In this document: positions 47,683 through 62,100 of the stretch, one piece after another
Layout: every line of letters starts with the position of its first letter
How positions within the stretch are numbered: the first letter of the stretch is position 1
Origin: an uncultured virus (IMG/VR IMGVR_UViG_3300050821_004776)
Taxonomy: Duplodnaviria; Heunggongvirae; Uroviricota; Caudoviricetes
Reading direction: 5' to 3' (one strand)
DNA length: 64,000 bases
Virus record (IMG/VR): IMGVR_UViG_3300050821_004776
Translations under genes and position numbers: made by a program
The notes under the pieces: model-generated
What the model was told of the DNA's origin: nothing
Seen by the model: only the letters and a program-made list of their open reading frames with translations
The model's database searches: none

Positions 47683-50600
47683 GTGCACTCTCCGTTCTCG
47701 AAAATGCGGAGGAGCTTGCCGAGCCGCCCGTAGACAGCAAGGAGGCGGACCGGCCGGCCGGGCAGCAGGCGGCTGGACGTGAGGCAGTCCTTTATCGCGT
47801 GCTGCAAGCCGGGGAGCGTGCCCGGGTAGATCTGGGGGACAGGGCACCCTCGCCGTACGTACCGGTCAGCCGGTCGGGTCATGCCATTGAATCTAGCATT
47901 TTCTTGAAGCGCATCGTCTCTTCGCAGGTGACGCTGTCTTTGCAGACCATCTGCGCGCTCAGGGGGTCGCGGCGCAGTTCCGTGGCTATGCCCCGGCAGC
48001 GCCCGCACCTGTGAGGTGACTTCACGGGCGTTATGTCCTGCCTGTAGCGCTGCCTGGCCTGCCATTCCCGGTAGACGCCGCGCGCCATCCAGGCGGAGAT
48101 CAGGAGCGTGGCAGCGCCGAGAGCGCTTCCGATGATGACCGGGAAGATGATGTTCACGGATTTGCCTTCTCTCATCTCAGTTCTGTATTCCCCCCTGAGC
48201 AGGGGATTACCCTGTTTCCCCGGGGTCCAGCTCGCGGTCCTGCCAGTCGTACGATCCGATGATCTTGCCCTCGGAGTTCCGGACAAGGCCACCTGAGATG
48301 AGGGCGCGGCCGGCGCTGAGATTGGCCGCTGTCCGGGACAGCGCGGCGGTCAGCTCGCCGAAGCTAAGGCCCGGGGTCTCGGTGATGACCAGGACAAAGT
48401 TACGTGACTTCACAGTTTCTCCATTTCAAGGCGCGCTTCCGCGACGGCTTGTGCCTCAGCGGGGTCGGGCTGCGCTTCGGGGTGCCGGGCCAGCAGCGCG
48501 CTTATGATAGCCGCGTGCTCTCCGGCGGTGTGGCCGCAGTTCATTTGTCCAGGAGCCTCCAGTTCTTGCGGTACTCGACGCGGATGCTGAACCAGATGTA
48601 CGCCCGGTATGCCGCGCTTTCCCGGGTGGACGCCCAGACCGCGTAGCCGGCTGGGCCGAACATGCTGATACCTGAGACGCAGGACTGCGATTTTGTCAGG
48701 AATACAGCGCGTTCTTCGTTTTTGGTCCAGCAGGCGATCTCGTGCGTCTCGGGGATCTCGCCGCCGATGACTCGCCGGTCGGCCTTCGGGATCGGCAGGA
48801 GGACGTACCACCTGTACGTTGAGTTGCTCATGTGTTCCTGTCGTGATGGATGAGAAGGAGGAAGACTGCCCAGATCTGGATTTCGAGCGCGCAGAGGATC
48901 ACGAAGAGCATCATCGCGTTGCTCATAGCCATGTTGCCGCCAGCAGCACGAGGCCGCCGGCGCTGGCCAGGGCGATGCCCAGCATGATCACGAGCCGGAG
49001 GGGCCGCTGGTGGGGGCGTACCCGGTGCGGGTGGCCGCCTGTGATGCCGAGGACCGGAAGGCCCCACAGGTAGCCTGAGTGGTGCTTCAGGTTACCGTGG
49101 TCGCCGGGCTGCGGGCCGTATATGGATTCCCAGTACCACCAGTCGTATTCAGGGCGCGGCGGTGAATTGGGGTCGCTGTTCGGGTTCGAGCTTCTCATTG
49201 CTCATTCCTCAGTTTATCGTCGGCGCTGAGCGCTCCGGCAATAGCATCGGCCGCCTCGCGGGAGACAAGGCAGAGAATGGGCGCGCTTACGCCGTCCGGC
49301 GTAGTGCATACCACATTCCAGTTCCCGTAGGTGGGGGAAACGGCGGGTGCCACGGTGAATTCATTCACAGGATCAGGCTCCAGATCTGGTCGGGGATATT
49401 GCCGTCGAATTGCCCGACGACATCCTGTATCTTGGCGATGCCGGCCGTGACCGACGCCGCGATGCGCTCGCCGTGCGCGAAGATGCCCCGCGTGCGATCG
49501 AGCTGGTACCAGGTGATGTTCTCGACGGGCACGCAGAATTCGGCCTCATCCGCACCGCAGTAGGGGCAGGCCGCCACCAGGATGGCCGCTACGCGGCGCA
49601 GGCGCACGTCTTCCAGCACGTCATCGCGTAGCCGGGCAACGGTGGTGATGCGCGCTCCCGGCTGCGCCGGCCGCTCCATCGTGGCGGTCGCGGCGTGGCG
49701 CGGCGAGGCCGGCGGTCGTGCCGGCTGTTCCATCGGGAGGGTCGCGGCGTGGCGCGGCGTGTACGCCGATAGCTGGGCCGCGCGGGCGCGCATGTCTTCC
49801 GGTGCCTCATGGTGCGGCGTGACCGGGATGTCCAGCGCCCGGACAGCGGCCTGTTTCTTCGGTGCCTGCCGCGCGCCGGCTACCAGGATGCCGCCGACCA
49901 CCAGGACGCCGCCTGCCACGGCCAGGGTGTTCACGAACCCGGCGGTCAGGCCCGTGGTCTCGTTCTCGAACACCACAGCGCCGACGATCGCCAGCAGCGC
50001 GCCGACGACGAACGGCCCGGCCGGCGTGGGCCTGACATCCCTGGCCGGGATTCCCCCCTTGAATTGCGGCGGCCCGAGCATCCGCGCGGCGCGGAACAAG
50101 CCGAAGATCATGACTGCCTCCTAATGATCTGTGTGTGCGATGGTGCCGACCCGGCGGGTGCCCGCCATGATGGGCGTGTAAGCCCATACGAGAGAATTTT
50201 CCGCCTCGTCGCCGGCGGTGGCGAATTCTTGCTTGCCGGTCGTGACGGGCACGAGGTCGCCATCCTCATCGACTGCCAGGATGGCTTTCACGCCGTCCAT
50301 CAGGTCGCAGTCGGCCAGGTCGTACATCGTGCTTACGTCCGTGCCCGACGCGAGGTGCAGTTCGCCTGTGTCGTACAGGATGACGAATTGCGGGATAGGT
50401 GCCGTCAGGTCCTTCTCCCAGTCGAGAGGCTCGCCGAGTGCCTCGTAATCCGGTTCGTCCCGCCATGCCTCTTCTTCGCCGGCAGGCAGGTAATCGGGAG
50501 TAAGCTCGCCGCTCGGGCCGGGGTCGCCGTAGTTGTCGAGATGGTCGTCATAGCCCTTCACCGCTCGTACGCCCACAGCGTCCTGGCGCGGTTCTCCAGC

Positions 50601-51934
50601 CGTACCTGGTAAGTCTTGCCGACGACAGGGCACTCGCGATTCCAGTCGAGTACCAGCAGGCCGGCCTGACCGCGCGCTACCTCCGGCCCGGGACCGTCTG
50701 CCTTGAGCCGCTTGATCCTGCCGGTGCCGAACGCGATGCCATTGTGCCGCGCGATCACCGAGAGCCAGTGGTTTGTCGCCTTGTGGCCGTCGTCGCCTTT
50801 CGGCATGAATGTCACGCTGTCCTCGCGGATGTGCGCGATGGCCAGGTCGTACAGCCATATCACGATCACGTGGTAATCAGGCAGGTGATGTAGCCACGAT
50901 ATGCGCACGGTCGTGCCCACCTTGATGTCCGGGTCCTGGCCTGTTCTCTGGGATTCCCAGAGCAGCCGGGACAGGTTCGCGTAGGTCATGTCCGGCGTGT
51001 CTTTGGGTAGCCGGAAGACATATACGCCCATTTATTCGGCCTCCAGCCGTAGCTTGTAGACGTTGTAGAGGTGCTCATGGGATTGGGCTGACGCGTGCAG
51101 GTCACCCTGGATACGCCCGCGCAGGTCCCGCAGTTCCTGGTGGAGGGCCTTCACCTGCTCTTCCAGGGCGTAGTAGACCCTGGGATCGACAGTGATCTCC
51201 CGGCTATCCGCCTGGTTGACGACGGACACGACCTGAGCGCTGTCGCCCCAGGATATTGCGGCTGTTTCAGCCGCGTGCGCGGCTACGGCGGCGAAGCCGT
51301 CTTCCGGCTGGTGATGGATGACCATCCGGCCGGGGTTGCCCTTGCTGTCGATGCCGGTCACCATCCATTCGTCAGTTACTCTCATTTGAATCCCTCGTCT
51401 TCCAGTATGGCTTTGATCAGTTCTTCCTTGGTCCACCTGATGTAGGTGAAATAGCCCATCAGGCCGCCTTTCCGCACGTGCAGGTCGGCGAGAAATGGCT
51501 TGGACCTGCGGTTCAGTTCCCGGAATCGCTTGTCGTACTCGCGGTGCCGGCGCTCTTCGGCTTCAGCTTCCAGCGCGCTTCGCGCCGCGTCCGGGTCGAT
51601 TCCGGCGGCGACTGCTTGCGCGATCTGGAATTCCATCGTCCCGAACGCCGATTCCCTGATGGCGTCTTCCTGCCATTTATCCATGGCTGACCCTCTTGTC
51701 TCTCTGTGCGTCGTTCTCCACTTGCCAGAACCAGGTGTCTCCGGCCTCGTTCAGGACGTGGTAGACCCGCTTGCCGATGTCCCCCTTGCTGACGCGGACG
51801 ATGACGGCCGACAGGCTGATCGGTCCTTTTTCTGTCTCGATGACGGACTTACCGACGTCTTCGGCCCGGATCGTGTAGAAGACGAACCCCAGCCGTGCGG
51901 GCCGGTCCGGCGCGAAGATCTCGTGATAAGCGCT
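47646..51934 (-). other. Run of small hypothetical genes (including 48541-48831, 49365-50111, 50558-51031, 51382-51684)
   Basis: Contiguous - strand ORFs with RBS-like motifs. Confidence 0.55.
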
Positions 51935-53145
51935 CATTTCACTCCTATTCCTGGCAGGTTGGATACGGCGCGGGCCGATGGCGTGAACGCCAGGTCCGCT
52001 TCGGTGTCGTCTGGTACCGTCTCCATCGGCGGCCAGAGCATGTCGTGCAGCCCGGAAGCCGCGTCCAGGACGGGAACGGCGTCCCACCCCTTCGCGCGGC
52101 CTCGCTGCCCCTTGTGCGCGCCGTACAGCATGGTCCCGGAGATTACCCTGGCTTCTCCGAGTGCTTCAGGGAAGATGCGCCTGATCAGGTGGCTGTCTTC
52201 CGCCTCCCGGTAGTAGTTCCCGCTCGGCATCTCGCGCAGTGCGGCGAGCAGATCGGACAGGAAGATCCGGTCCAGGCCGCGCCGCATGATCAGGTCAGCG
52301 GTATCGAGCAGGCAGCGCTGTTCGGCCACGGGGACGGGTTTCTCGCCGGCGCTGAGCGCCATTGTCACGAACGCGTCGTAGATCCGGCGCGGCCAGTCTC
52401 CGCCGGCGCACGACGCCCACGCGAACAGCGGTCCCCAGATCTGCCTCTTGCGCTTCTCCAGCTTGGGGTGGACGAACCGCACCGGTCCGCGCATGTACGC
52501 GGTCATGGCGTCGGCCCGCGACCCCGCCCACGCGTGAATCGCCTCGTGCAGGATCTTGGCGTCCGCCCGTACGCTGTCTTCCAGGGTGTCCCGCAGCGCC
52601 AGGCCGCTCGGGGCCTCCTCCATCTTGAACCAGATCGAGCGGGTGTACAGGTCGTTCGGCACGGCAGTTCTCAGCCCGTTCATGAAGGCCATGCCGTAGG
52701 TCGGGACGTCCTGAGTGACCCTGTTGACGGACATCGATGTTGTCGCGTCCTGCCTGTAGCAGTCGATCAGGATGGCATAGATCTTGGTGTTCCGGCCGTT
52801 CATCCCGGAGTCGCCGAAGATCTTGCCGATGTCGTCGCATACCAGGTTCGGGACTTCCCGTTCGAGGTACTTGTGCGACAGCGCCGGCTCGGTTGTCTGG
52901 CGTCCGACGCGCCACGGGCTGTACGCCAGCATCATCGGGATATCGCACGCGAACGTGGTCTTGCCCGACGCCGGCGTGTCGGCCGTGGCGAGACAGTGCG
53001 GGATGGTCGTGAACGCGCGCCGGACGTGCGAGACGAACAGCATTCCGGTCATGACGTCCTTGTAGTGGTCCGGCGCGTACGCGAGCTGGTCTATGAACCC
53101 CCTGACCTTGTTCGGCACGTAGTCATCTGGCAGGCGGTTAGGCAT
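51934..53145 (-). CDS. P-loop protein, DUF3631-like
   Basis: PASGKTT Walker A, LVCDDI Walker B-like, and TRSI...QIWGPL segments. Confidence 0.6.
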   Translation of the reverse strand: MPNRLPDDYVPNKVRGFIDQLAYAPDHYKDVMTGMLFVSHVRRAFTTIPHCLATADTPASGKTTFACDIPMMLAYSPWRVGRQTTEPALSHKYLEREVPNLVCDDIGKIFGDSGMNGRNTKIYAILIDCYRQDATTSMSVNRVTQDVPTYGMAFMNGLRTAVPNDLYTRSIWFKMEEAPSGLALRDTLEDSVRADAKILHEAIHAWAGSRADAMTAYMRGPVRFVHPKLEKRKRQIWGPLFAWASCAGGDWPRRIYDAFVTMALSAGEKPVPVAEQRCLLDTADLIMRRGLDRIFLSDLLAALREMPSGNYYREAEDSHLIRRIFPEALGEARVISGTMLYGAHKGQRGRAKGWDAVPVLDAASGLHDMLWPPMETVPDDTEADLAFTPSARAVSNLPGIGVK

Positions 53146-56100
53146 TCATTCTCCCTTGAGTAGCTGTCTGCCCTTGTCCGTGACGGTGAGCGACCAGCGG
53201 CGGGGCAGGCGCACGCCGTCGATCAGGCCGGCGTCCATGGCACGGTCCACGGACTGGTATCCGAACCTGAGATGGACCTGGTTCTCGTGCCGGGGTGACA
53301 CGCGCCACGCTGGCTTGATCTTCGGGCAGCCGGGATGCGCCGCCACGTACGCGGTCACCTCAGTCATCCTCGGGCCGATCCTCTTCTCCGCTAGCTTCCT
53401 TCTACTCCTAAGCCTGCCCATTGCCCCAGTATTCCTCTCCGTTGTAAGTGACTGACATGTAGCCTCCCTGAGCGGCTTCCGCCCACTGGTCGTCGTCCCA
53501 GAAACCGGTTTCGGTGGCCTCGCCGTAGATGTCGTGTGCGGTCTGTGCCGCGTACGTGGTCCAGTGGCTGTCAGCCACCAGGGACAGTCCCTCGTCCCAG
53601 GCTTTCTGACCCCATTGGCCCACGCACTCGTCGCGGAAGGTCATCAGCGCTGCATACTCGTCGCTGTGTTCGTCTTCCCATTCGGCGCTGTCCTCGGTGC
53701 GGGCGTACAGGCCGTCCAGGTAGCGGATGCGCATCTCGACGTTGTGTGTGTACAGGATGCTGCCCGCGTCGATCTCGCGTTCTCCGGTGAAGCTCATTCG
53801 TACCCCTGCTCTCTGTTCGCCAGCGCGATCAGGGCCGCAAGCGACACCTGTGTTTCGCGCTTTGTCCGGAGGTCCCGGATCACTGCCGCGTCGTTGGGGT
53901 CGTCCGACCAGTGGATAGTGATCCGGTTGGGCGATCCGATGACCACCTTGTGCTCGGATACCTGTGTCATGTCATCCCGTCCTTCTCTAGCTCGTTGCGG
54001 TGGGTCAGTACGTACTCCACTTCGGCAGTCCCGAACCTGAGTTTCGCCCGCGTCGTCCCGTACTTCTCGCAGTAAGCGAGGATCTGTGCCGCCACGTTAA
54101 GCAGCAGGTTTTTCATGGCCGCCATTACTTCACTTCCACCTTTTCATCCCCCGGGAGATCGCCCCACCAGAGGTCGCCCGTATATTCGGTCTGGATCATC
54201 TCTGGCATGAAGGGGTCTATGTTGTCCCCTTTGAGGCTGAAAAATCCGAGGTAGGTATGTGTGCCGCATTGCGCGTCAATCATGATGCTGCGGCTTCCAG
54301 CTCTTGCCCCCCGTATGCGCCGCCGCGACCATTCTTCCCCTTCGGGGGAATGAAGCCATTCGGCTACTTCGGGATTCACGGCTTACCCCGCAAGCTATCT
54401 GCGATGCAGGCCAGGACTGCCAGGACCGAAGGCGCTGCCCAGTGGGACTGTTCCCCGCTTGGGTGGTCTACCGTCGCCTCAACCTCGCCTGATTCGTCCG
54501 GCGGGACGTCCAGGGTGATGGCGTATTGCATTACGGGTGGTTCGGCGTGCGGTACAGGCCGCCGCCGCGACCATTCTTCCCCTTCGGGTGAATGAAGCCA
54601 TTCGGCTACTTCGGGATTCACGGCTTGCCCCGCAAGCCATCTGGGTCGGCCCACTGGAGCAGTTCGGCGTCGTCGGCGTCTATGTGCGCGGTCAGGGATT
54701 GCAGTTCCGCGATTTCGCTGTAGCTTATGCGTTCGGCCCGGATTTCGCCGCGCAAGTATTCCAGCCGCTTTCGGGTGCTGTTCACGGGTGGTTCGGCGTG
54801 CGGTACAGGCCGGCGTCGTCAGGCACGGTCAGCCGGTACCTGTTTTCGGTCAGCCTGTGGAAGTGCGCCGAGTTCTTGTACGGGCCGAACCGGGCGTCCG
54901 CGTCCGCGCAGAAGATCTCCGCCATGAACCACCCCCATTCGTCCCAGGTGGCCGCGTAGCGCGCTCCCTCGCGTCCGTAGTATTCGCTGGAAGCTCCCAC
55001 GTCGCCGCCATTGGCGTACTTGCGGACGCGCATGACCTTTCCGCGCTGATCCCGGTAGCCGGGCGGAAGACTGTGCTTGTCGTAGGTGCCGAGCGAGATC
55101 TCGTACCCGTGCGGGCGGGTGCGGGACTGGTGGACGCTGAACGCCATCAGTTCCACGTCGGCGGTGATGTAGCCTTTTAGCTTCGCGCAGTGAAGTGCCC
55201 TCGCCACTTCGGTTTGCGGAAGGTCAGTGTGCAGTCGCATGGTAGTTCTCCTTTTATTCGTCGTTGCGCGCGATTAGTTCGCTTAGCCTCGCGGCTTGCT
55301 TATCGGATAGGTAACCGTATGCGTCGCCAGGCCACCAGTCGTCTCCGAATTTCGCGTTCCCGTAATCATTCAGGAGGGAAATCATTTCCTGTAGCGTTTC
55401 GGGTGCCATGTTTTTCTCTTAGCTGTAGATGACGGACCCGATGACTATGAGCTGTAGCAGTTCATCGGCACACGGGGCGTCCAGGTCGGCGTCGTCGGGG
55501 TTGTACAGCAGGTTGACGCACTGCTGTTCGAGCGCGTCACTCCATGCGGGGTATTCGGTGCCGCGCGGCGTGGTCTCCATCTTGCCCTGGTTGTCCAGGA
55601 CGTGTTTCGCCATCTCCATGACTCTCTTGTGGGTGACGTGAGTGGCGTGCGTGTTTTCGCCGTCGTACGCCCACACCTCCACCGACCAGTCGTCCGGGAT
55701 GCTGTCCCAGTCGCGGTATGGCGTGGTGTCCGCCTTTTGCCACCAGTCGTAGGAGAGGCACCCGGACCCGAAGATGTGGGTGAACGTGTCTTGCGGCGTG
55801 GATGTCCTGATAGTCATCAGTGATCAGATCCTTTCTGCTTGTTCTCGTTCTGGTAGTGAGCGTGCGACTCGTCCTTGCCGGCGAAGCCGTACTTCTGCGC
55901 GTGGTGCCCGCAGAACAGCAGTTCCTTACCGGTGGCGAACATCACGCGCCAGAGCGCCGGCTGCATGCAGCGGTCACACTCGTCCTTGGCGTTGGGCGCG
56001 TCGATCCGGACGGGCACGGGTCGCGGGGTCGTGGTCGCGGTGTTCATCGCAATCTCCTTCTCCGGGGTGCCGGCGTCCCCCCGATGTTAACGATCTCGAT

Positions 56101-59100
56101 GTCGTCGTACCCCTGGTCTTCGGCGTGTTCGGCGATGTCTTCTGCCTCAACCTGGGTATCCCAGACATCTATTCCGTCCGCGTTCTCCCACGGGATGCCG
56201 TCTACCAGAACCTGGTAACTCATCGCAGGAACACCGCATAATCTCGTGTCCGATCAGGTGGAAGTACCGCCCCTGGCTTTCCAGGACGATCTCGTCGTTG
56301 TGCGTGACCACGGTCCCGTGCCGCCACGACTCATTGCGCGGCAGCAGGCCGCCGGGTGCCTGCCTGTAGCGCACGACGTCTCCGATGGCGACGGGCGTGC
56401 CGTCCGTGTACAGCGGCACCTGGCGTCTGTTCGCCTCGCGTGCGGCGGCGAATCGTCCGGCGTCAGGCATCGTATGAGCAGCGCGGACCGTCGTCGGAAT
56501 CTTCATCGAGCAGTTCGCCGCTGCACTCTCCGATTGTCAGCGGCGAGTCGTCGTTGATATTCCCCGTCACGCGGCGGGCAGACTCCAGCAGCAGGTTGTC
56601 GCCGCACCTGTCCGGGTGGTTGACGTACAACGGCGCGCGTTTGTCATTGGGAAGGCCGTGCTGTTTGCTCATGTTCTCCGCGTTGGCTTTGAGATTGGCG
56701 TACGTCTCACTCCGTACCAGGGCACGCAGGGCATCCGCCATCTCGCCGGCGGGCATGCTGGTTTCGCCCGCGAGAGGACGCGGCTCTTCGGCCACGCGCC
56801 GTGCGATTTCCGCGACGTACTCCCACTCGAAGTCCGCGAGGGTGCCTAGTTCTTCCGCCGCGTAGTCGAGCGCGCCGAAGATGCTGGCAGTGACGTACAC
56901 GTCGTCGTCGCCGCTGTGGCGGGCGACGTGGTAGTGGATGTGGTCAGAAGGCATTGGTTACCTCTTCCGTGGTGTAGTGGCCGCTGTTGGTGGCGGCGTG
57001 GATTATGGCGGCGTGCCAGTCACGCCAGCCGGCCGCTTCCGCTTCCGTTTTCAGGTCGCCGGCAGCGTGCTCGATTGTGTAGGTGCCGCGCGTGCTTGGC
57101 TGGCCGTGATCGTTGTAGATCACGACCGCGATAGCGTCGTCGCCGTCCCAGAGACGAATCTCTGCCGCTTCGGGACCGTCCGCGCTGTACCATTCGTCTC
57201 CGCAGAACTGAATGTGCAGTTCCCTTCCGTTCTCCTCTTGCTCGTCGTCGTCCGGACCGGCGTCCCATTCACCCGCGTACAGGTCCGGCATCAGATGGTC
57301 ACCATCACGAATGGGTGATGAGACGGGACGAAATGCTCTTCGCCGTTGACGGGACGGGCGTAGATGCCCCACAAGACCTGGCGCACGCACCCTGCTGTGT
57401 CGTAGCGGGCAGCGGTCTGGTCGGAGTAGTCCACGCCGGGCGTCGCACTGAACGCGGGGTGAATGAACCATTCTCCGACGCGCGGGATAGGTCCGTCCCA
57501 GTCTTCCAGCCGTGCTACCGTCTTGCCGTCCGATTCGATGATCATCAGCATGATTCGCAGTCCTCCTCTTGATAGTCGCTGTCGTCGCCGGGGTCGGGCG
57601 TGTCCTCTCCCGGTAGTGCCGCGAGGCAGTTGGAACACGTCGCCGGCCTGTAGTCGTCGTCCCAGTAGGAGAAACCCTCGCACCCGGGACACTCGATCTT
57701 GTGGGCGTGGTGCCAGTCCGCCCAGCGGTCGAACGCCGGCGACTTGATGTTGCCGATGTTCAGGTTGTAGCGCCGGATCACTTCATCTACGGCGGGTGTT
57801 TCGGTCGCACTCGTGAGCAGGGTAGCCGCTGCTTCCGTGTAGCCGTGTTTGAGCGCCATCGCGATGTCGCACCCGTAGTCGTCGCACGGGTGATCACGCT
57901 CAATCGCGTCGGCCAGTTTTGCTCGTGTAGCCGGGTTCATTGGCGTGTTACCTTTCCTCTCTCGCCGGCACGATGTACTCAAAGCAAGGGGTCCACGCGC
58001 ACCCGAACCGGCGACCGCCGGGGTAGCCGTTGAACCTGCTCGCGAAATAGCGGCGTTCGCCGTCCCGCATGGTTACGGCAGTGAACGCGTAGTCTTTGCC
58101 CATGATCGTTCGCCGCCAATGCCGGCTATCGCCCTGACGAACGGTCTGGCCGCGTGAGAAATGGATCTCGCCTCGCGGACCGGTCCGTGGTTCTGAATTC
58201 ATTTGCTAAATTCCTCTCTTGCGGTGTTGAGCTGCATTCGCAGGGCGCGGTAGGGCAGGTATATCCGCCACCACGCCCAATCGTGGATACGGTGAAGCAA
58301 CGGTTACCGGTTTGTCACCGGGACGACGCGCATGGCGGGCAATTCGTCCGTGACGTTCTCCCGGTACCACTTGCGCATGCGGTAAGCCTCACGCCGCGAC
58401 ATCGGACCTTGCGCTATGAACCACCCTCCCCCGCTGTTGATTTCCAGCAGGAAAATGCCCCTGCCCCGTACGCCGACGTATTCCCGGATCAGTTCTCGCA
58501 TCCCCTCTTTGGTGTCGGCCCTGAGGATGCCGGATTTCTCCGTGAGCGCATACCAGCGCATGCCCGAACTGTTCAGTTCGCACGGCCAGATGTTCTCGCC
58601 GCCATATGTCCACGGCTTACGCGTCGTCATCCTCACTCCATTCCCGGATCTCTTGCAGCGCGTTATGCGCTTCCGCCGCACGGCGTGCCGAGTCGGCCAG
58701 GATCTGTGACGTGGACCGCAGGCCGCGCGTGGTCATGATGGTTTTGTCTTGCGCCGCACTCCTGACCGGATCATCCTTGATCAAGTTGTACGCGCCCAAG
58801 ATCTCAGCCGAGACGTCGCGCATGTTGCCCGCGTACACTTCTAGCGCCGTAAGCAGGACACTGGAATGCGTGGCTATGAAGTCTTCTAGCGCTAGCTGGC
58901 GCTCTGAATTCTTGCCCATCAGTACCCTTCCCTTAGTGCCCCATAGGCCAGTTCGGCTTCCACCACGCGCGCGTAGGGTACGCTCTCAGGCCATGCCGGT
59001 ATCGGCCTGACCGAATATCCGAGATCGATCGATCCGAGAGAGGCTAGTATCTCGCCCACGTTGTTGACTAGGCACGCTTGCCAGTGTTGCGCCCCGCTCA

Positions 59101-62100
59101 CGAAATAGTTCTCGCCCGGCGTGATGTCCGCGTCATGATCGATACTCCACCGCACTTTCCACCCGCGTTCGTCGGCTATCTCTTTTGCCATCGCTAGCCG
59201 GATTGCCCCCCGGGTCCGCCCGCTTGTGCGCGTCTCCCGCGCCGGGTCGTGGCTGTAGCCTGCGTGCTCGAAGAAAAACGCTTCCGCGTCGGTCAGCGTG
59301 ACGACGTGCCCGTTACTGCTCATGTGAGGTACCTTCCTGTAGGTCCGGAGGACAGCCGGCGTTCGCCGCTAATCGTGGCGCTTATCAGCGCGTCGATCTC
59401 GCCCCTGTTGGCGCGTAGCCACTTACGCTTGTTAGCGGCACGCTGGTATTGCAGGTAGAGATACTCATCGTTCTCTACCCATTGCATTCGTTCGGTGTCG
59501 TTCACGGTTTGCGTTCTCCTCTTGCCCTAGCCGGCCTGCACTTGGAGAGTAACATCGTCCCCTTCGGGATCGGCCACCGGATCGTAGTGGTACTCGATTG
59601 CCCAGTGTCCGTAGCCGATAGCGTCGGACAGTTCCGAGAGCAGGCTAGTCCAGTTTTCCGGGCGTTCGGGGGACGCGTGGATCACCATGTCCCAAAATCC
59701 CGTCCCCGTCCCGTTAAGGTCCAGGTACAGCCGGTCACCGAACGTCTCAGGCCCGATGTGAAGGGCGTTCACGATCTCGCGGACCCGATCGATGCCTAGC
59801 GCGTTCTCCACTTGCGTCTCAGGCGACTGGGCGGGATCGGTGTACGCGCCGGCGATATCCGAGAGCGCCACGGGTGCCCACGCCGACGCGCGCAAGTCCA
59901 GGGGATTTTCCCCCGTCCCCTTTTCGTCGCCGTCCCACGTGAGATCGTCAAGTGCAGCGGTGAGAAACGCCACCGCCGCATCCTGCACGTATTCGCCCGT
60001 CTCGTGTCCGTTGATTGTTTCGTGGTCGTACAGTTCATCGGTCATTTGCCGTTGTCCTTACTCGTTTCCGTACTGGTTGCGGTAGCCGCGCGGGTGATCG
60101 GTCGCGCCGATGCGCGCGCGTGCTTCCCATATCGCCTCTTCCGAAGGCGCGATATCCGCTCGCACTATCGCGTGGAAGTCTGCGATGAGCTGCAAGTGCG
60201 CGTCGGTAGGTCCGGGCGTGCCGTGGCCGTTCTCCCACATGATCGTGTAGGCCAGGGTTTCTGGAGAGAACGCTACCGTTACCCCGTTAATCCAAGGGGA
60301 CTGCCCGTGTTCTTCCGCGTGATCCATCATGGTCAGCGCGGTATCCGCATCGCCGGTCATGTGGGTAAGTACCTCGTATGTGCGGGTGAATGTGCCCACC
60401 GTAATCTCGTTCATTCGTAACACCTCCCGACGATGACTGTTTCGTCATCGATGATCTTGACCAGTGTCGCCGAGAACACCGTATCGGCACTGCCCCCGTC
60501 CCATCCCGGCGTGGCCGTCATGCGGGTGAACGTGCCTAGATCGTACAGGTCGCCCCGGTAGCGGAAGAATGTCGCGCTATCCTCGCCGCGATCGATCGCA
60601 GGCCAGTCGAGATAGTCGAATTCTTCCCGTTCGGTGGGCGTGAGCGTGTACGCGTCTATCAGGGGACGCGGCACGTGGTTCGTGATGTACTTCATGGTTC
60701 CCTCTCGCCCTCTTCCCGCATTACGGGTGTCCGGGGTGATAGGCGGTGTCCGGGATTCGGTCACTCCGCGCGTCCGGGGTAAAGATGGATGTTGCCATGT
60801 CCCCTCCCGTGTCGTCGGGAGACTCCCGCACGAATTCCGGTCCGTCCGGCGTGCTGACCACCCGCCCGATGAGGATGTCACTGCCCGCCGCGTGCGACCC
60901 CCACGTCATGTAGATCAGGAGGGTATCCGGCTGGTTTTTGTCCGTGACCGGAATCACCTTCACGCCGGCATCCCATCCTCTGAGATGGATCGGGCCGGCG
61001 TTACTCCGCCCGCCTAGGCTGACGTTGTTGCCGCGCCCATTCTGCGCAGTTGCGAAATATCTCGACATGTTCTCGCCTCTCTAGTGCCGATGCCAGGCAG
61101 TGATAGTGAAGTCCCCTGTTTCCTCGTTACAGCACGAGGAAAGATCCGCCGGCACGGGTAGTACGATGTCTATCTCCGCCGGCCTTTCCGTCTCTGCCGC
61201 TTTGTCCCCTGCATAGAGGGGAAGCCTCACAGTGAAGTGCCCGCTAGCGTACAGGACTAGCTGACGCCCATCGGGCAGGTTGATAGCGAGCGGCGTGTCC
61301 GTTTCGGGACTGTCCCGCTCGATAGTGATCTCGGATACGTGCATGGTAGCCATGTTCTCGCCTCTCTTTAGGCACGTCGCCGGCGCACGGACACCACTGT
61401 GAAGGTGAAGCCGCTATCGCCGGCGTGATCCACCCGCGCGCGGTACTGTCCGCCCCATACGCGCATGTACCCGTGGTTGCTGGCATCGGTCAGCACGTCT
61501 CCCGCCTCATCGTCGCTCATGTCGAGTAGCCGCGTGAGGAGTGCCTTTGTCTCATCCCATGAGAGCGTATGCGGGGATTCCGCCCTGTCCGGACAGTCGG
61601 CGCACGTGTAATCCGGACCGCGATCGTTGTGGGCGTGGGATGTGCTCACGCCAAGGTAGCCGCTAGTCATCGCGCGTACTCCGATGCCCACGTGGGCAGT
61701 TCGCCGGTAATCCGGCGGTAACCCACCGCGTAACGATGCATGTCCAGGAACGCCGTCGCGTCACGCTTGCTCGTGAAGCGGCCTACGTTGCCCGTGTCGA
61801 GCCACGTAGCCTCATAGAACGACCGCTTGTTGAGCGTGCGCTTGCATAGCGCGTAGGGGGTTGGGTACCCCGCCGCGCCACGCGGCAGGATCACGATACG
61901 TGTCGGACGCGCGTGGTAACTGTCCACGGGCAGTTTGCCCTTTACGCCGGCGGGGAACGCTTTCGCGAGATTGGCTAGCGTGTCGCTAGGGTGCAGTGCT
62001 GTCATTGGATTACCTCTCGTTTTGTGCCGCTGTTGGCGGGGGCAGTCCAGACTTACTCCCGATGGGCGGTGGCTAGCAGTGTGCTGCTGTGTACAGGTAG

